DNA of 32,000 bases from Pseudoalteromonas translucida KMM 520 (GCF_001465295.1 NZ_CP011034.1:3330001-3362000); one strand, 5' to 3'. Shown: positions 1 through 9,221, numbered from the stretch's first letter. Notes: generated by a model from the letters alone, not told the origin. Translations and numbers: made by a program.

Positions 1-108
1 CAACAGCGATAAACCCGACACGCTGCGATTTTTACGAATTTTATTTAGCAGTGGTAAAAAACTAATGACTAAAATAAATGAAGACAATACAGGCAGAAAA
101 TGTGCCAA
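1..108 (-). CDS. Window-truncated small membrane protein with a PQ-loop / SemiSWEET-like N-terminus (start codon uncertain)
   Basis: The reverse-strand frame is open from the window edge. From the TTG at 108-106 it reads (M)AHFLPVLSSFILVISFLPLLNKIRKNRSVSGLSLL. That is a hydrophobic helix, then a basic loop, then G-x-S-L, which resembles the PQ-loop signature (FLPQ..K..K.KS..G.S) with Q replaced by L. It is too short in-window to appear in the ORF track, and no ATG is available. Confidence 0.25.
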   Translation of the reverse strand, partial: MAHFLPVLSSFILVISFLPLLNKIRKNRSVSGLSLL

Positions 109-337
109 AGCAACCTCGCTCGTTACGTAAGTGTTAATAGGAATTAAAATAGAAACATATAATAAACATATGTTTTAGAAGGACTTTATCTTATGGCTGC
201 ATTGTAGTGGCGACTAGATTTTACTCAACTAAATTGAAAATATTTATTTAGCAACTGGCAACTTAGCTATACAAAAATCGTTAGCTTAAGTTCACGATTT
301 TGTTGTTTTTAGCATAACCACCTGCAAAACTTGAATT

Positions 338-356
338 GAAATTGATAATTGTTATC
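338..356 (+). promoter_or_regulatory. Fur box upstream of the PepSY gene
   Basis: GAAATTGATAATTGTTATC matches the 19-bp Fur consensus GATAATGATAATCATTATC at 15/19 positions. Its core is TGATAAT-T-GTTATCA. It lies 35 nt upstream of the preferred ATG at 391, where a -10 element would sit. Confidence 0.7.
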
Positions 357-390
357 ATGCGCAATACAATTTATTTCTATTGCTTTATAT

Positions 391-1524
391 ATGCGAAAAA
401 CACTGTTTAAAATTCATAGCTGGGTTGCCCTTATTGCTATCATCCCGCTTATTGTTATTAGTATTACAGGGAGTGTTTTAGTATTTAAGAGCGAAATAGA
501 TGGCCTGCTAATGCCAAATAGCCACTTTGTGGTAAAGGCACTCCCTGAACGACTGCCTATTGATAAGTTAATTGCAAAAGCAGAGCGTACTTATCCTAAT
601 TATATAGTAGCTAGCTGGGAAATATTTAACGATGATACTGCTGATCGGGTTTACTTAATAAAGCGCGGTACAGAGCAATGGGCTAAGTTACATTTAAACC
701 AATACACTGGTGATATTTTGTCCGAGCCTGTGGGCACCAGCCATTATTTCACCGATTGGTTTTTAGAGCTGCATTACACTTTTTTACTTAACGACTTTAA
801 AAACTTACCAGGGCAAACAGGCACTGTATTAGGGTTCTTTTTTGCGGTGTTTTTACTCGTATTGGGTATTAGCGGCCTGATTATTTATCGCAAATTTTGG
901 CGACGCTTATTTAGCGTGCGCTGGCGTGCAACATTACAAATAGTACTTAGCGACATTCATAAAATGGCCGGCGTAATAGGCTCACCCATTATTATTATTT
1001 TAGCCATTACTGGCGGCTACTTTAACTGGGCAGTGTGGTATCACGAAGCGATAGAGCACGCACAAGAAGCGCATTATGTACTAACCAACCCCTTATACAG
1101 TCACGACATTTCGTTGCAGCAAATACTTGATGACAGCAAAAAACAAATCTCTACTTTTAACGGTACTTTTTTAGTTTTGCCATTAGAGCCAGACGAAAAC
1201 ATTACCTTATTTGGTGAAGTAAGCACAACCAATCCGCTGGCTAGTGAATACGCCAATACTATTACTTACAGTAAACTAACTGGCGAACACATGGCTAACT
1301 GGGATATTCGGGAAGTAGGAATTGGCTGGCAAGTAATTGATAGCTTTAGAAAACTCCACTTTGGCTACTTTGCAGGGTTTGTAAGTAAGGTGCTGTGGGC
1401 TATTATTGGCTTAAGCCCTGTATGGCTTGCAGCTACTGGCTTTTATTTATGGTTTACCCGCCGTGTACGTAAAAAGCAATCACGACAAAACCGTTTAAAT
1501 AAACGTCGCGCAGCAAACTCTTGA
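391..1524 (+). CDS. PepSY-associated TM-helix protein (PiuB-like, iron-regulated membrane protein)
   Basis: This is track ORF 349-1524. I prefer the ATG at 391, which gives MRKTLFKIHSWVALIAIIPLIVISITGSVLVFKSEIDG, the typical N-terminus of PepSY_TM proteins. There are several further TM helices and a basic C-terminal tail (RRVRKKQSRQNRLNKRR). A Fur box lies just upstream. Confidence 0.8.
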   Translation: MRKTLFKIHSWVALIAIIPLIVISITGSVLVFKSEIDGLLMPNSHFVVKALPERLPIDKLIAKAERTYPNYIVASWEIFNDDTADRVYLIKRGTEQWAKLHLNQYTGDILSEPVGTSHYFTDWFLELHYTFLLNDFKNLPGQTGTVLGFFFAVFLLVLGISGLIIYRKFWRRLFSVRWRATLQIVLSDIHKMAGVIGSPIIIILAITGGYFNWAVWYHEAIEHAQEAHYVLTNPLYSHDISLQQILDDSKKQISTFNGTFLVLPLEPDENITLFGEVSTTNPLASEYANTITYSKLTGEHMANWDIREVGIGWQVIDSFRKLHFGYFAGFVSKVLWAIIGLSPVWLAATGFYLWFTRRVRKKQSRQNRLNKRRAANS

Positions 1525-1610
1525 TTAAAAAACAAACTCATTATAATGTTAGGTATAATAGTAATTAGCTCAATTTAAGCTGCTTACTTTCGTATCAATG
1601 GAGTGAGTTT

Positions 1611-2786
1611 ATGAAACTTTATCCGCTAGTGGTAATTACTGTTTTTTCATTAGTAGCTGGCTGCACCGGTACTAACAATCAAAAGCAAATACTGCAAACT
1701 ATACCGCTTACACAAGTAATTAATCATGCTTTATTTAGCCAACAACCCACTTTATCTGAACAAGCTATTTTTGAGCTGTCTGAAGTCGAGACAGAGCAGT
1801 TTTTAGCGTATGCCAAAAAACAGTTATTATCTGGGGTTCGTACCGATAGAGTTGTTTATAATTACCTTGAAAACCAACTAACTAACTTTACATATCACGG
1901 CGATACACTCACTTCCACACAAGCGGTTAATCGAGCGCAAGGAAACTGTATTAGCCTAGCGGTGCTTACCCAAAGCTATGCTCGCATTCTTGGTTTAGAT
2001 ACGAGCTTTCAGGAAATGACCAGCGAGCCTGTTTATGCAAAAGAAAGTAACTTAGTGTATGTAGCTAACCATTTTAGAACTATGGTTTATGCCCCTAAAG
2101 AAGTAGATACCGCTAAAAACATAAATTCAATAAGCGCAATAACAACCCGCGCAGGTACGTTAATAGACTACTTCCCAACTCGAGACAGTGTTTACTCTGG
2201 TAGCGCTAACCATAATGACTTACTCGCTAAGTTTTATAGCAATTTAGCCGCTAGCGCATTAGCAAAAAAACAATTAAACATGGCATATTCTCTTATTTTG
2301 CAAGCTAATAACTACACCCCTAAAGATCCTGAGCTATTTAACTTAGCAGGCATCTTACACCGCCATGCTGGCGACTTACAAAGTGCGAAGAATATTTATC
2401 AAGCAGCATTAAATAACAATTATGCGAGCATTAATTTAATTAGTAACTATCAATTATTAGCTCAAAAGCTTGGTGATACTCAGCTTGCGCAGCAGTTATC
2501 TTTACAACTAATAAATATAGAAAAAGATCCTTATGAGTTATTAGTACTGGCTAAAAACGAGTTACAAACAGGAAATATTTATAGCGCTAACAAGCATGTT
2601 GAGCAAGCAATAGTAAAAGCACCGTATATAGCCGATCTTTATTTAGAGTTGGCTAAAATACGCTTTCAGCAAGGTAAAACTCAACAAACACAAAGCTTGC
2701 TTGAAAAAGCCATCGAACTTGAACGCGACAAACAAAAGCTTAATGTGTATCAAGCTAAGTTACTGTCGTTAAGTATGACAAAGTAA
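1611..2786 (+). CDS. Lipoprotein with a transglutaminase-like Cys/His core and C-terminal TPR repeats
   Basis: It has a signal peptide with lipobox LVAG-C (Cys18). [22 protein letters not shown] followed about 40 residues later by ANHFRTMVY resembles the G-x-C...R..G / H-x-x-x-x-Y core of transglutaminase-like cysteine peptidases. The C-terminal half has TPR-like A/Y/L periodicity (e.g. [25 protein letters not shown] and [27 protein letters not shown]). An RBS (GGAGTGAG) precedes the ATG. Confidence 0.6.
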   Translation: MKLYPLVVITVFSLVAGCTGTNNQKQILQTIPLTQVINHALFSQQPTLSEQAIFELSEVETEQFLAYAKKQLLSGVRTDRVVYNYLENQLTNFTYHGDTLTSTQAVNRAQGNCISLAVLTQSYARILGLDTSFQEMTSEPVYAKESNLVYVANHFRTMVYAPKEVDTAKNINSISAITTRAGTLIDYFPTRDSVYSGSANHNDLLAKFYSNLAASALAKKQLNMAYSLILQANNYTPKDPELFNLAGILHRHAGDLQSAKNIYQAALNNNYASINLISNYQLLAQKLGDTQLAQQLSLQLINIEKDPYELLVLAKNELQTGNIYSANKHVEQAIVKAPYIADLYLELAKIRFQQGKTQQTQSLLEKAIELERDKQKLNVYQAKLLSLSMTK

Positions 2787-2790
2787 GTGT

Positions 2791-2825
2791 GGGTTTTGCG
2801 GCACCTAAGTCGCCGCTCAAACCCC
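2791..2825. terminator. Imperfect GC-rich hairpin between convergent genes (candidate bidirectional terminator)
   Basis: GGGTTTTGCGGC-acctaagtc-GCCGCTCAAACCC forms a stem with one bulge and is followed by T-rich sequence. It sits between the stop at 2786 (+) and the stop at 2862 (-). Confidence 0.45.
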
Positions 2826-2861
2826 GTTATTAATTATTTTTACCTTTGCTTTTATAAAATG

Positions 2862-5693
2862 TTAAAGCGAATAATAAAAACTTAACCACGCGCGCATTTC
2901 ATCTGCAAAGCTATCGCCTTCTACGCGCGATAAGCCCAAATTAAACGTTAAATCGTTTACACCAGCAGGCCCCACCCCAAAGTTAAAATCACCTTGATAT
3001 TTTAAGCCGTAACTTTGTGCATATACCATGCTATCGAGTTGGTGTTGCTTGTAATAAAGCCAAGGTAACCCCTCTTTAAAGCTAAAACCAGCGCCATAAC
3101 CTTGATAGCGCTTTGCAGTTGCACTGTAAAAAGGCAGCTCGGATGAAAGTACAAATTCGCTACTTTGTTGCTGATTAATCAGGTTTGAACTAAAGCCACC
3201 TAATGCAAGGCTGCCATCATCACGTTGCTTTTGCTCAAGGCTTGCATAAAGAGGAATACCAAACGCTTTACCAAAAATTTTGGCGGCTAAATCGTAACCT
3301 TGCCAATTATTACTTTTGTTGCTGCCATCGTACCAGCTCGCATAAATACTTTGGCCTATTACAAAATCTTGGCGGTCATATTGCCAGCTTTGAGTAACGC
3401 CTAAGCGCGTCCAGTTTTTATGATTTTGCTTGTAGTCAGTGTAATTATAAGCAAGCTCTGGCGTTAAGTTTAACTGGCCAAATTTAAGGGGGTAACTTAT
3501 TGCAGCAAAACCACCGCGCGCAGCAATATCGGCGCTTAAGCCTGTTTGATTTAAGGATTGATATTGGCGTGCTGTATTTAAATTATAATCAAACACGCTG
3601 AGTTTAAACTTTACTGGTAATGCACTGTATTTTGCCTGCACAAAACCACCATGCAAAGCGCCATTGTGCAAGTCGGCGCTATACCCTGCCTGTAAGTCGA
3701 GCTGTTTTAATAAATCGCTACTTTTAATCCCTAAATTCAACAAACTGGTTGCAGCCGAATAATACTGCGCGCCTAGTGCAAAAGTGGCTTGTTGCTCAAG
3801 TGCATTGTAGCTACTTTGGGTGCCTACTTGGTTAGTGTAAATGTTAGCTTTTGGAAGTGTGTGTTGATTAACCATAAGCAGTGGCGCATGTTTAGTGGTT
3901 GCAATATCACTAACCACATTCCCTTGGTGTGCTTTAGGTAGCTGTTTTACATTGGGTCCATCTGCGCTAATCGAGAAATAAAGTAATGAGCCATCAGCTA
4001 TTTCAATAGGATGTGCAACCGCTTCTTGCCCCTGAGTTAGTTTAGTGAGTGTTTTACTTGCAATATGATAACTATAAATATCGGTAGCGCTATTTAAGCC
4101 AGCAATGAAGTAAAGCGACTCTCCATTTTGACTAAAACTTGGTTGGCTTAAATATTGATACCCGTTTGGCATAGCCACTGATTGACGGTGCTCACCATCA
4201 ATATTTTGTATATATAATTGCCAGTTTTCGTTTAAAGACGCTGATAAGTAAGCTAATTTAGTTTCATCAGGGTTTAATATTGGATAGTCATACGCCGTTT
4301 TTAAACTTTTATTAAATAACTCAGTGACGATTTTAGTGGTTAAATCTACTTTCACTAATTCTGAGTAACCACCTCTTACTTGCTCAGCATATAAGGTTTC
4401 ACCATCGCTGGTTACGCTAAAACGGCGAATACCTGCAAGCTCGGTAAGCTGCTCTGTATTGCCAGTTTCAGTGTTGTAGTTAAAAACATCAGAAACACGA
4501 TTATAACTACCCGAGTCCTCAGTACTAAAAGCACTAAAGTAAAGCGTGGTATTGTTAATCCATTGTGGGTTAGCTATGCCTGCTCGATTAATTTGGTTAA
4601 GCACTTGTTTTTGTTCACGCTTAAAAACAGCAGGTGCAGTGTCAGCAATATCTAGGGAATCATTTTCTAATAACTCTTTTTGTGCTTTATTAAAGCTGTT
4701 TTCGGCTTTAGTGTTTTGCTCTGTGCTGTACACAATAAGCTTAGTGTTATCGTTTTTATCACGCTCTACAATTGCCAGCTTACTGCCATCTTTTGCAAGC
4801 GCGGGGTTACTTGCATACAAACCAAGCTGTAGCCACAGCTCACTATTAAGCTTAGGTTCTAATTGCTCTTTGGCCATAGCTTTATAAGTGTATTCAGCTA
4901 CAAAGCGGCGGTACAGTTTAGCGGCACTTTGCCCAAACACACCACTAAATGCTTGATCAAAATTACGTGTTTTAACCGCTTGCATGCGCGTCCAAACGCT
5001 ATCGAGCGTTTGCTCTGTATAGTTTTTCTCTAACCAATTTAAAAAACGGCTACCAATTAAATACGCCATAGAGCTGGCCATAAAGCCACCTTCGGTACTA
5101 TTTAGCTGTGAGTAGCTGGGCAACGCTCCTTGCTGGGCAAACTCTACTAATATTGCTTCTGAGTAGTTATCAAATAAGCGCCCACGACCGGTCATTTTAG
5201 ATTCAATTAACGTGGCATAACCTTCGGCAACCCAACGAGGGGTATCGCTGTAAGTTAAATCGTATAGATCCCATAGACTGCGTATTTTTTGCTGCCAGTT
5301 ATTACGCGTTGGCTGCGCTAAATGCACTAAGTGAATGTACTCGTGCAATACCAATAACTGCTGCCAGCCTGAGGTATTTGATATAACAGTATCTGATTGT
5401 GGCGGCGTGGTAAAAAGTGCCATTATGGGGTTATTTGAAGTAGGTAGCGCAAAACCATTGGCTGCATTTAAGGGATCAAACACCACTACATCTACAATTT
5501 TATCAAGGGCGCGGTTTTGTTGCTCAAGCACTTTAGTACGTACTATTTCAAGCTCTACAGCAGTCGATTTAGCAAAGTCGGTATGCTCAATACTGTAATG
5601 CACATTAAAGTGCTCGGTATGAATGGTTTGCCAGTCGTTACCATAACTCGGCGCGGTAAGTAATAAAGCCGCAGCCATAAGTGTTTTTTTCAT
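2862..5693 (-). CDS. Exported modular protein: N-terminal HExxH (gluzincin-like) peptidase domain, TolB/PD40-like beta-propeller, C-terminal predicted outer-membrane beta-barrel
   Basis: Signal peptide MKKTLMAAALLLTAPSYG. The HEYIH motif is at residues 117-121 (nt 5345-5331, checked by reverse translation), with WVAEGYA 36 residues downstream as a candidate third zinc ligand. The middle part has repeated PD40-like units (DGSKLAIVE.., SDGETLYAEQ.., NPDETKLAYLSA.., SQNGESLYFIAG.., ADGSLLYFSIS). The last ~320 aa are rich in alternating aromatic and small residues (G/Y/S/A) and end WLSFYYSL, which looks like an outer-membrane barrel. Confidence 0.7.
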   Translation of the reverse strand: MKKTLMAAALLLTAPSYGNDWQTIHTEHFNVHYSIEHTDFAKSTAVELEIVRTKVLEQQNRALDKIVDVVVFDPLNAANGFALPTSNNPIMALFTTPPQSDTVISNTSGWQQLLVLHEYIHLVHLAQPTRNNWQQKIRSLWDLYDLTYSDTPRWVAEGYATLIESKMTGRGRLFDNYSEAILVEFAQQGALPSYSQLNSTEGGFMASSMAYLIGSRFLNWLEKNYTEQTLDSVWTRMQAVKTRNFDQAFSGVFGQSAAKLYRRFVAEYTYKAMAKEQLEPKLNSELWLQLGLYASNPALAKDGSKLAIVERDKNDNTKLIVYSTEQNTKAENSFNKAQKELLENDSLDIADTAPAVFKREQKQVLNQINRAGIANPQWINNTTLYFSAFSTEDSGSYNRVSDVFNYNTETGNTEQLTELAGIRRFSVTSDGETLYAEQVRGGYSELVKVDLTTKIVTELFNKSLKTAYDYPILNPDETKLAYLSASLNENWQLYIQNIDGEHRQSVAMPNGYQYLSQPSFSQNGESLYFIAGLNSATDIYSYHIASKTLTKLTQGQEAVAHPIEIADGSLLYFSISADGPNVKQLPKAHQGNVVSDIATTKHAPLLMVNQHTLPKANIYTNQVGTQSSYNALEQQATFALGAQYYSAATSLLNLGIKSSDLLKQLDLQAGYSADLHNGALHGGFVQAKYSALPVKFKLSVFDYNLNTARQYQSLNQTGLSADIAARGGFAAISYPLKFGQLNLTPELAYNYTDYKQNHKNWTRLGVTQSWQYDRQDFVIGQSIYASWYDGSNKSNNWQGYDLAAKIFGKAFGIPLYASLEQKQRDDGSLALGGFSSNLINQQQSSEFVLSSELPFYSATAKRYQGYGAGFSFKEGLPWLYYKQHQLDSMVYAQSYGLKYQGDFNFGVGPAGVNDLTFNLGLSRVEGDSFADEMRAWLSFYYSL

Positions 5694-5770
5694 TATAATC
5701 CCTTAGATGATTCCTTAACTGCATCTAGGTTATTACTAATTGCTTTTAGTTGGCAGTAATAAAGTGTAAT

Positions 5771-5799
5771 AAAACATGTGCAACTATAAATTACACATG
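5771..5799 (-). terminator. Rho-independent terminator after the ydbT-like gene
   Basis: On the minus strand CATGTG-taatttatagttg-CACATG is followed by TTTTATT. It begins 12 nt after the stop at 5812. Confidence 0.5.
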
Positions 5800-5811
5800 C
5801 TTTTAGTGAAG

Positions 5812-7347
5812 CTACATCCAACTACGGGGATCAGATTCAACCTGCATAAGTATAAAATCAATTATAAAGTCAGCATCTTGCTGCTTTATATAGGGCATAA
5901 AAGCGTAACCTGAGGCGAGTTGTATACACACACTTTTTAACCCTGAGCGACGCATTAAGTAGGTACTTATACTACGGGCACTTTGTGTTTTATACAGCTC
6001 AAACACCCGATAATGTACGCCAATCAAGCCTTTGCGCACCACCATATAATACCGGCCATTATCTTCATGTAAGTAATAGCCATAACGCTGATATGACAAG
6101 GTAACTAAACCTGCAAACGCAACAAACACACCTAAACTAAGCCACATATTAAATTCAGCTACTAAGCAAAAAATGAATACTAATATGCTCGGTAAAAGCG
6201 CATAAAACACCAAGTTTTTATATAGTAGTGCGCGCTCTGCGCCTGTAAATGCGAGGTTTTTGCTATTAAACCAAGGATAAATCCATTGGCAAACACTGTT
6301 TACTTGTGCCGCGTTTAATACCGGTAAGAGCAAGGTTTGTTTATTATTTTTAGCAGCAACGCCTGCTACCATACCGCCACTACTCGCTTGCAAACATTCA
6401 ACGGTAAAGCGTTTTAATAGTCGGGCAACTAAGTTTTGTTTTATAACAATTGATTGCACCTTATCTAAGCTCATAGATAACTGATGGCGCTCTAATAAAC
6501 CGGCAATGCGTTTAAATTTTTGTCCTTTAAAATACAGCTCGTAGTTATAAAACCGAATCAACGACATGCCAACCGACAACAACACCGCAATAATAACCAA
6601 CAAAACAATTAAGGTGATCACCGCAAACATGGCAGCATTGGCCATTATACCTAGCTCTTGCTGGTAAAAGCCCTCCATTTTAGCAATCAGCTTTTGTTCT
6701 AAAAAGTCGATAACAACATTTATAAATGGCGCAATAGCTGCAAAGGCTAAAATAGCCATGTTTGATATTAAACCAAACTTAGCAATTTCTTTGTTGCTAA
6801 TAAATAGACTGCTTTGTGCCGCTAATTGGTGATCTACATTGTCAGTTACTGTATCTTGCTGCTGGGCTTTGTATGCAAAAATTTGTTTACGCATTTGTTG
6901 TGCGTGTTCTTTGGTTATTCCCGGCAGTACCACTTCTTGCGCTACGCTACCAGCGGCATCAAAAATACAATTTACTAAGTTAATAGGGGTAAAATAAAAC
7001 GGCTCAGCAATATTTACGTTTTGTACGCGAGCAAATTTAAGGGTTAAACGCTCTTTTTTAAATACGCCTTTTTTAAGTAATATTTCGTGCTCTTCAGAAA
7101 TACAAAAACGAAAGCTTTTATAATATAAAAAAGAGTAAATAAGCAAAGCAACAAGCGCGACTGCTCCGGCAATTTGCCCCCAAAATAGTTTGTTTTCAAC
7201 TTGAGTTACAAACACAATAGTAATAGGTAGCAAATTAAAGATGCCATCTCTTATAATTCGCACCGTAAAATGGACAACAAAATACACTAACGCCCAAGGC
7301 GATACAGCTTGCCAATGTAAATTACTTGCGCTACCAGCGTTACTCAT
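5812..7347 (-). CDS. YdbT-like membrane protein with three bacterial PH (bPH_2 / DUF304) modules
   Basis: This is track ORF 5812-7398. I prefer the ATG at 7347 (MSNAGSASNLHWQ..), which overlaps the upstream stop by 8 nt (ATGAGTAA). Three copies of the bPH_2 pattern each follow a TM hairpin: KKGVFKKERLTLKFARVQNVNI.., FKRIAGLLERHQLSMSLDKVQSIVI.., VRKGLIGVHYRVFELYKTQSARSI... Confidence 0.75.
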   Translation of the reverse strand: MSNAGSASNLHWQAVSPWALVYFVVHFTVRIIRDGIFNLLPITIVFVTQVENKLFWGQIAGAVALVALLIYSFLYYKSFRFCISEEHEILLKKGVFKKERLTLKFARVQNVNIAEPFYFTPINLVNCIFDAAGSVAQEVVLPGITKEHAQQMRKQIFAYKAQQQDTVTDNVDHQLAAQSSLFISNKEIAKFGLISNMAILAFAAIAPFINVVIDFLEQKLIAKMEGFYQQELGIMANAAMFAVITLIVLLVIIAVLLSVGMSLIRFYNYELYFKGQKFKRIAGLLERHQLSMSLDKVQSIVIKQNLVARLLKRFTVECLQASSGGMVAGVAAKNNKQTLLLPVLNAAQVNSVCQWIYPWFNSKNLAFTGAERALLYKNLVFYALLPSILVFIFCLVAEFNMWLSLGVFVAFAGLVTLSYQRYGYYLHEDNGRYYMVVRKGLIGVHYRVFELYKTQSARSISTYLMRRSGLKSVCIQLASGYAFMPYIKQQDADFIIDFILMQVESDPRSWM

Positions 7348-7894
7348 CTGCAGGGGTTGCTTGTGCGATGTTGTCGTCGTTGCGGTAGTTTTGTACAAAC
7401 TGGCGCATATTTTTACAATCGTCGTGAGTTAAGCCGCTAATTTGCAGGTCGGCGCTCATGCCACCAGCGCTATATAGCTTTAAACTCGCTAAGCCGAGTT
7501 TGCGCTCAATTGGCCCGCGGTGCACTTCAATATGCTGTACTCGCGCCAGCGGTAAAATAACAATTTGCTGCCAAATAATTCCCTTTTTAAACGCGATATC
7601 GTGGGTACGCATTGCTACCCCTTGCAGCTTTATACTCACTACATTATAAAGTATTGATAATATGATAATTATTGGCATGCCAATCAACAAATACGTTTGC
7701 GCTAGATTAGCAAAAGCGGCATTTAAGTAACACGCCACCACTAAGCCGATAATTAAAGGAATATAAAACGCCAGCCAATTAAGTTGCACATGCAGCAAAG
7801 CGTTAGCCCCCAACGGCTTAAACTCAATATTACTATGTTGTGGTAAGTTGGTTATTTGTTGATTATTAAACACCATATTATTGCTTAAACTCAC
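7340..7894 (-). CDS. YdbS-like membrane protein with a single bacterial PH (bPH_2) domain
   Basis: Two TM helices are followed by KKGIIWQQIVILPLARVQHIEVHRGPIERKLGLASLKLYSAGG, the hallmark bPH_2 segment. The start at 7894 is a GTG, and an ATG at 7876 (MVFNNQQ..) is an equally plausible start. Confidence 0.75.
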   Translation of the reverse strand: MSLSNNMVFNNQQITNLPQHSNIEFKPLGANALLHVQLNWLAFYIPLIIGLVVACYLNAAFANLAQTYLLIGMPIIIILSILYNVVSIKLQGVAMRTHDIAFKKGIIWQQIVILPLARVQHIEVHRGPIERKLGLASLKLYSAGGMSADLQISGLTHDDCKNMRQFVQNYRNDDNIAQATPADE

Positions 7895-7915
7895 TCTTAC
7901 TTATAAATACAAGGC

Positions 7916-8770
7916 TCAACTCAGCCATTTAATGATGGTAATCAAGGTATGGCTTTGTTTTGGCGCGAGCGTAACGGCATCATTTAATACGTTGGCTGCT
8001 TCAAGGCAAAGCATGCTGTTATATTCTGTATTAGCGAAGTTAGATAAACGCTTTGATTTTTCTATCCATGGATTCCACAATACGCAAGAGCTGGAATTTT
8101 CTCGGCCCACACTAATAATGCCCTCTGGGGTATTAATGGTTTGCACTGGCGCTGCTTGGGTATAAACCATGTCGGTTTCGCGGGCAAAACTAACTACACC
8201 ACTTTGCATTACTGGGGCTTCGCCAAATTCAGTATATTGCGCACCTTGCAAACCATCAACGCTGGTATTGTTAATATCTGATGTTGGAAAATAAGTATGC
8301 AGCGCTTGCGAAAAGCTAAACGGTGTATTGCTTAAATTAGTGGTTGTTAAGCGCACTTGTAACTGCTCGTTTAGTACAAACTCAACTCGTAAGCTTGACT
8401 GATGCGGCCAATAATCAAGATTAACTAGTTTCATGGGTAATTTAAGGCTAACAATAACTTCGTATTCGGTTTCATGCACTTCATCGGCCTGCCACAAACT
8501 CGTTCGAGCAAAGCCATGCGCCGGAAAACCATTGTTATCGTGTGCTCCAAACCAAGGCCAACAAATTGGAATACCGCCGCGAATACTGGCATTTTCTTGA
8601 AATGTTTCTTCTTGAGATACCCATAACAGTGGCTGCTTACCTTTTGGGGTAAATTCGGTAATTTGCCCGCCTTGCAAAAATATTTTTGCATCGCAATGGC
8701 TGCTATTTATATTAATAAATTCTAAACCGGTGTCAGTATGACAAATACTAACGGAAGGTGATAACTTCAT
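7916..8770 (-). CDS. yeaD: D-hexose-6-phosphate mutarotase (glucose-6-phosphate 1-epimerase, aldose-epimerase fold)
   Basis: IRGGIPICWPWFGAHDNNGFPAHGFARTSLWQ matches the conserved YeaD core (IRGGVPVCWPWFG...LPAHGFAR). The length (284 aa) also fits. Its stop is only 21 nt upstream of the ydbS-like start. Confidence 0.85.
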   Translation of the reverse strand: MKLSPSVSICHTDTGLEFININSSHCDAKIFLQGGQITEFTPKGKQPLLWVSQEETFQENASIRGGIPICWPWFGAHDNNGFPAHGFARTSLWQADEVHETEYEVIVSLKLPMKLVNLDYWPHQSSLRVEFVLNEQLQVRLTTTNLSNTPFSFSQALHTYFPTSDINNTSVDGLQGAQYTEFGEAPVMQSGVVSFARETDMVYTQAAPVQTINTPEGIISVGRENSSSCVLWNPWIEKSKRLSNFANTEYNSMLCLEAANVLNDAVTLAPKQSHTLITIIKWLS

Positions 8771-8829
8771 ATTATTTCCTATAATGCTGGCACTTAGTGT
8801 TAAATGTGCACCTAAATAGTCAAGTAAGC

Positions 8830-8980
8830 TTATAAATCATCTACATAATAAGCGAAATAATTTAAATATCGATCGCTTTATTTTCACTCGATAATACCTG
8901 CGAGATATTTATAAATAATTACTTTGTACTAATACTTATTTATAAATGCCATCTTCAGCAAATTAGCAATACTTATAAAT
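8830..8980. promoter_or_regulatory. Four TTATAAAT motifs (two inside perfect palindromes) in the divergent yeaD / marR control region
   Basis: TTATAAAT occurs at 8830-8837, 8909-8916, 8940-8947 and 8973-8980. The middle two sit in the palindromes TATTTATAAATA (8906-8917) and ATTTATAAAT (8938-8947), whose centres are 31 bp apart. Confidence 0.3.
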
Positions 8981-9221
8981 TGATAAAAAAAACTCATTAT
9001 CTATACTCTATAGGCTTAAAGGTATACTACAGCCATTAGCGAATAAAACACTACAGACATAGATTAAAAATTAAAAAACACAAATTTTAATTACTGCTCA
9101 AACTAATAAAAACCACAAAAAGCAGGCTAAAATGCAATATATCATTTGAATTCAATTTACTTGATGTGTAACATTTCGCGATTATGGCAAACCATTGCGC
9201 CCTTTTAACGAGATTAGCTAA

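Noticed and set aside
3203-5598. Plus-strand ORFs inside the 943-aa gene (3203-3397, 4546-4887, 5335-5598)
   Set aside because: They are short antisense frames with Cys/Ser/Leu-biased composition, and the minus-strand frame is continuous for 943 codons with coherent domain signals.
7241-7649. Plus-strand 63-aa ORFs (7241-7432, 7458-7649) across the ydbS/ydbT junction
   Set aside because: They are antisense shadow frames within two well-supported minus-strand genes and have no independent signals.
9139-9156. Pho-box-like ATATCATTTGAATTCAAT upstream of marR
   Set aside because: Only the first half-site resembles CTGTCAT (5/7) and the second is 3/7. That is not distinguishable from background in this AT-rich spacer.
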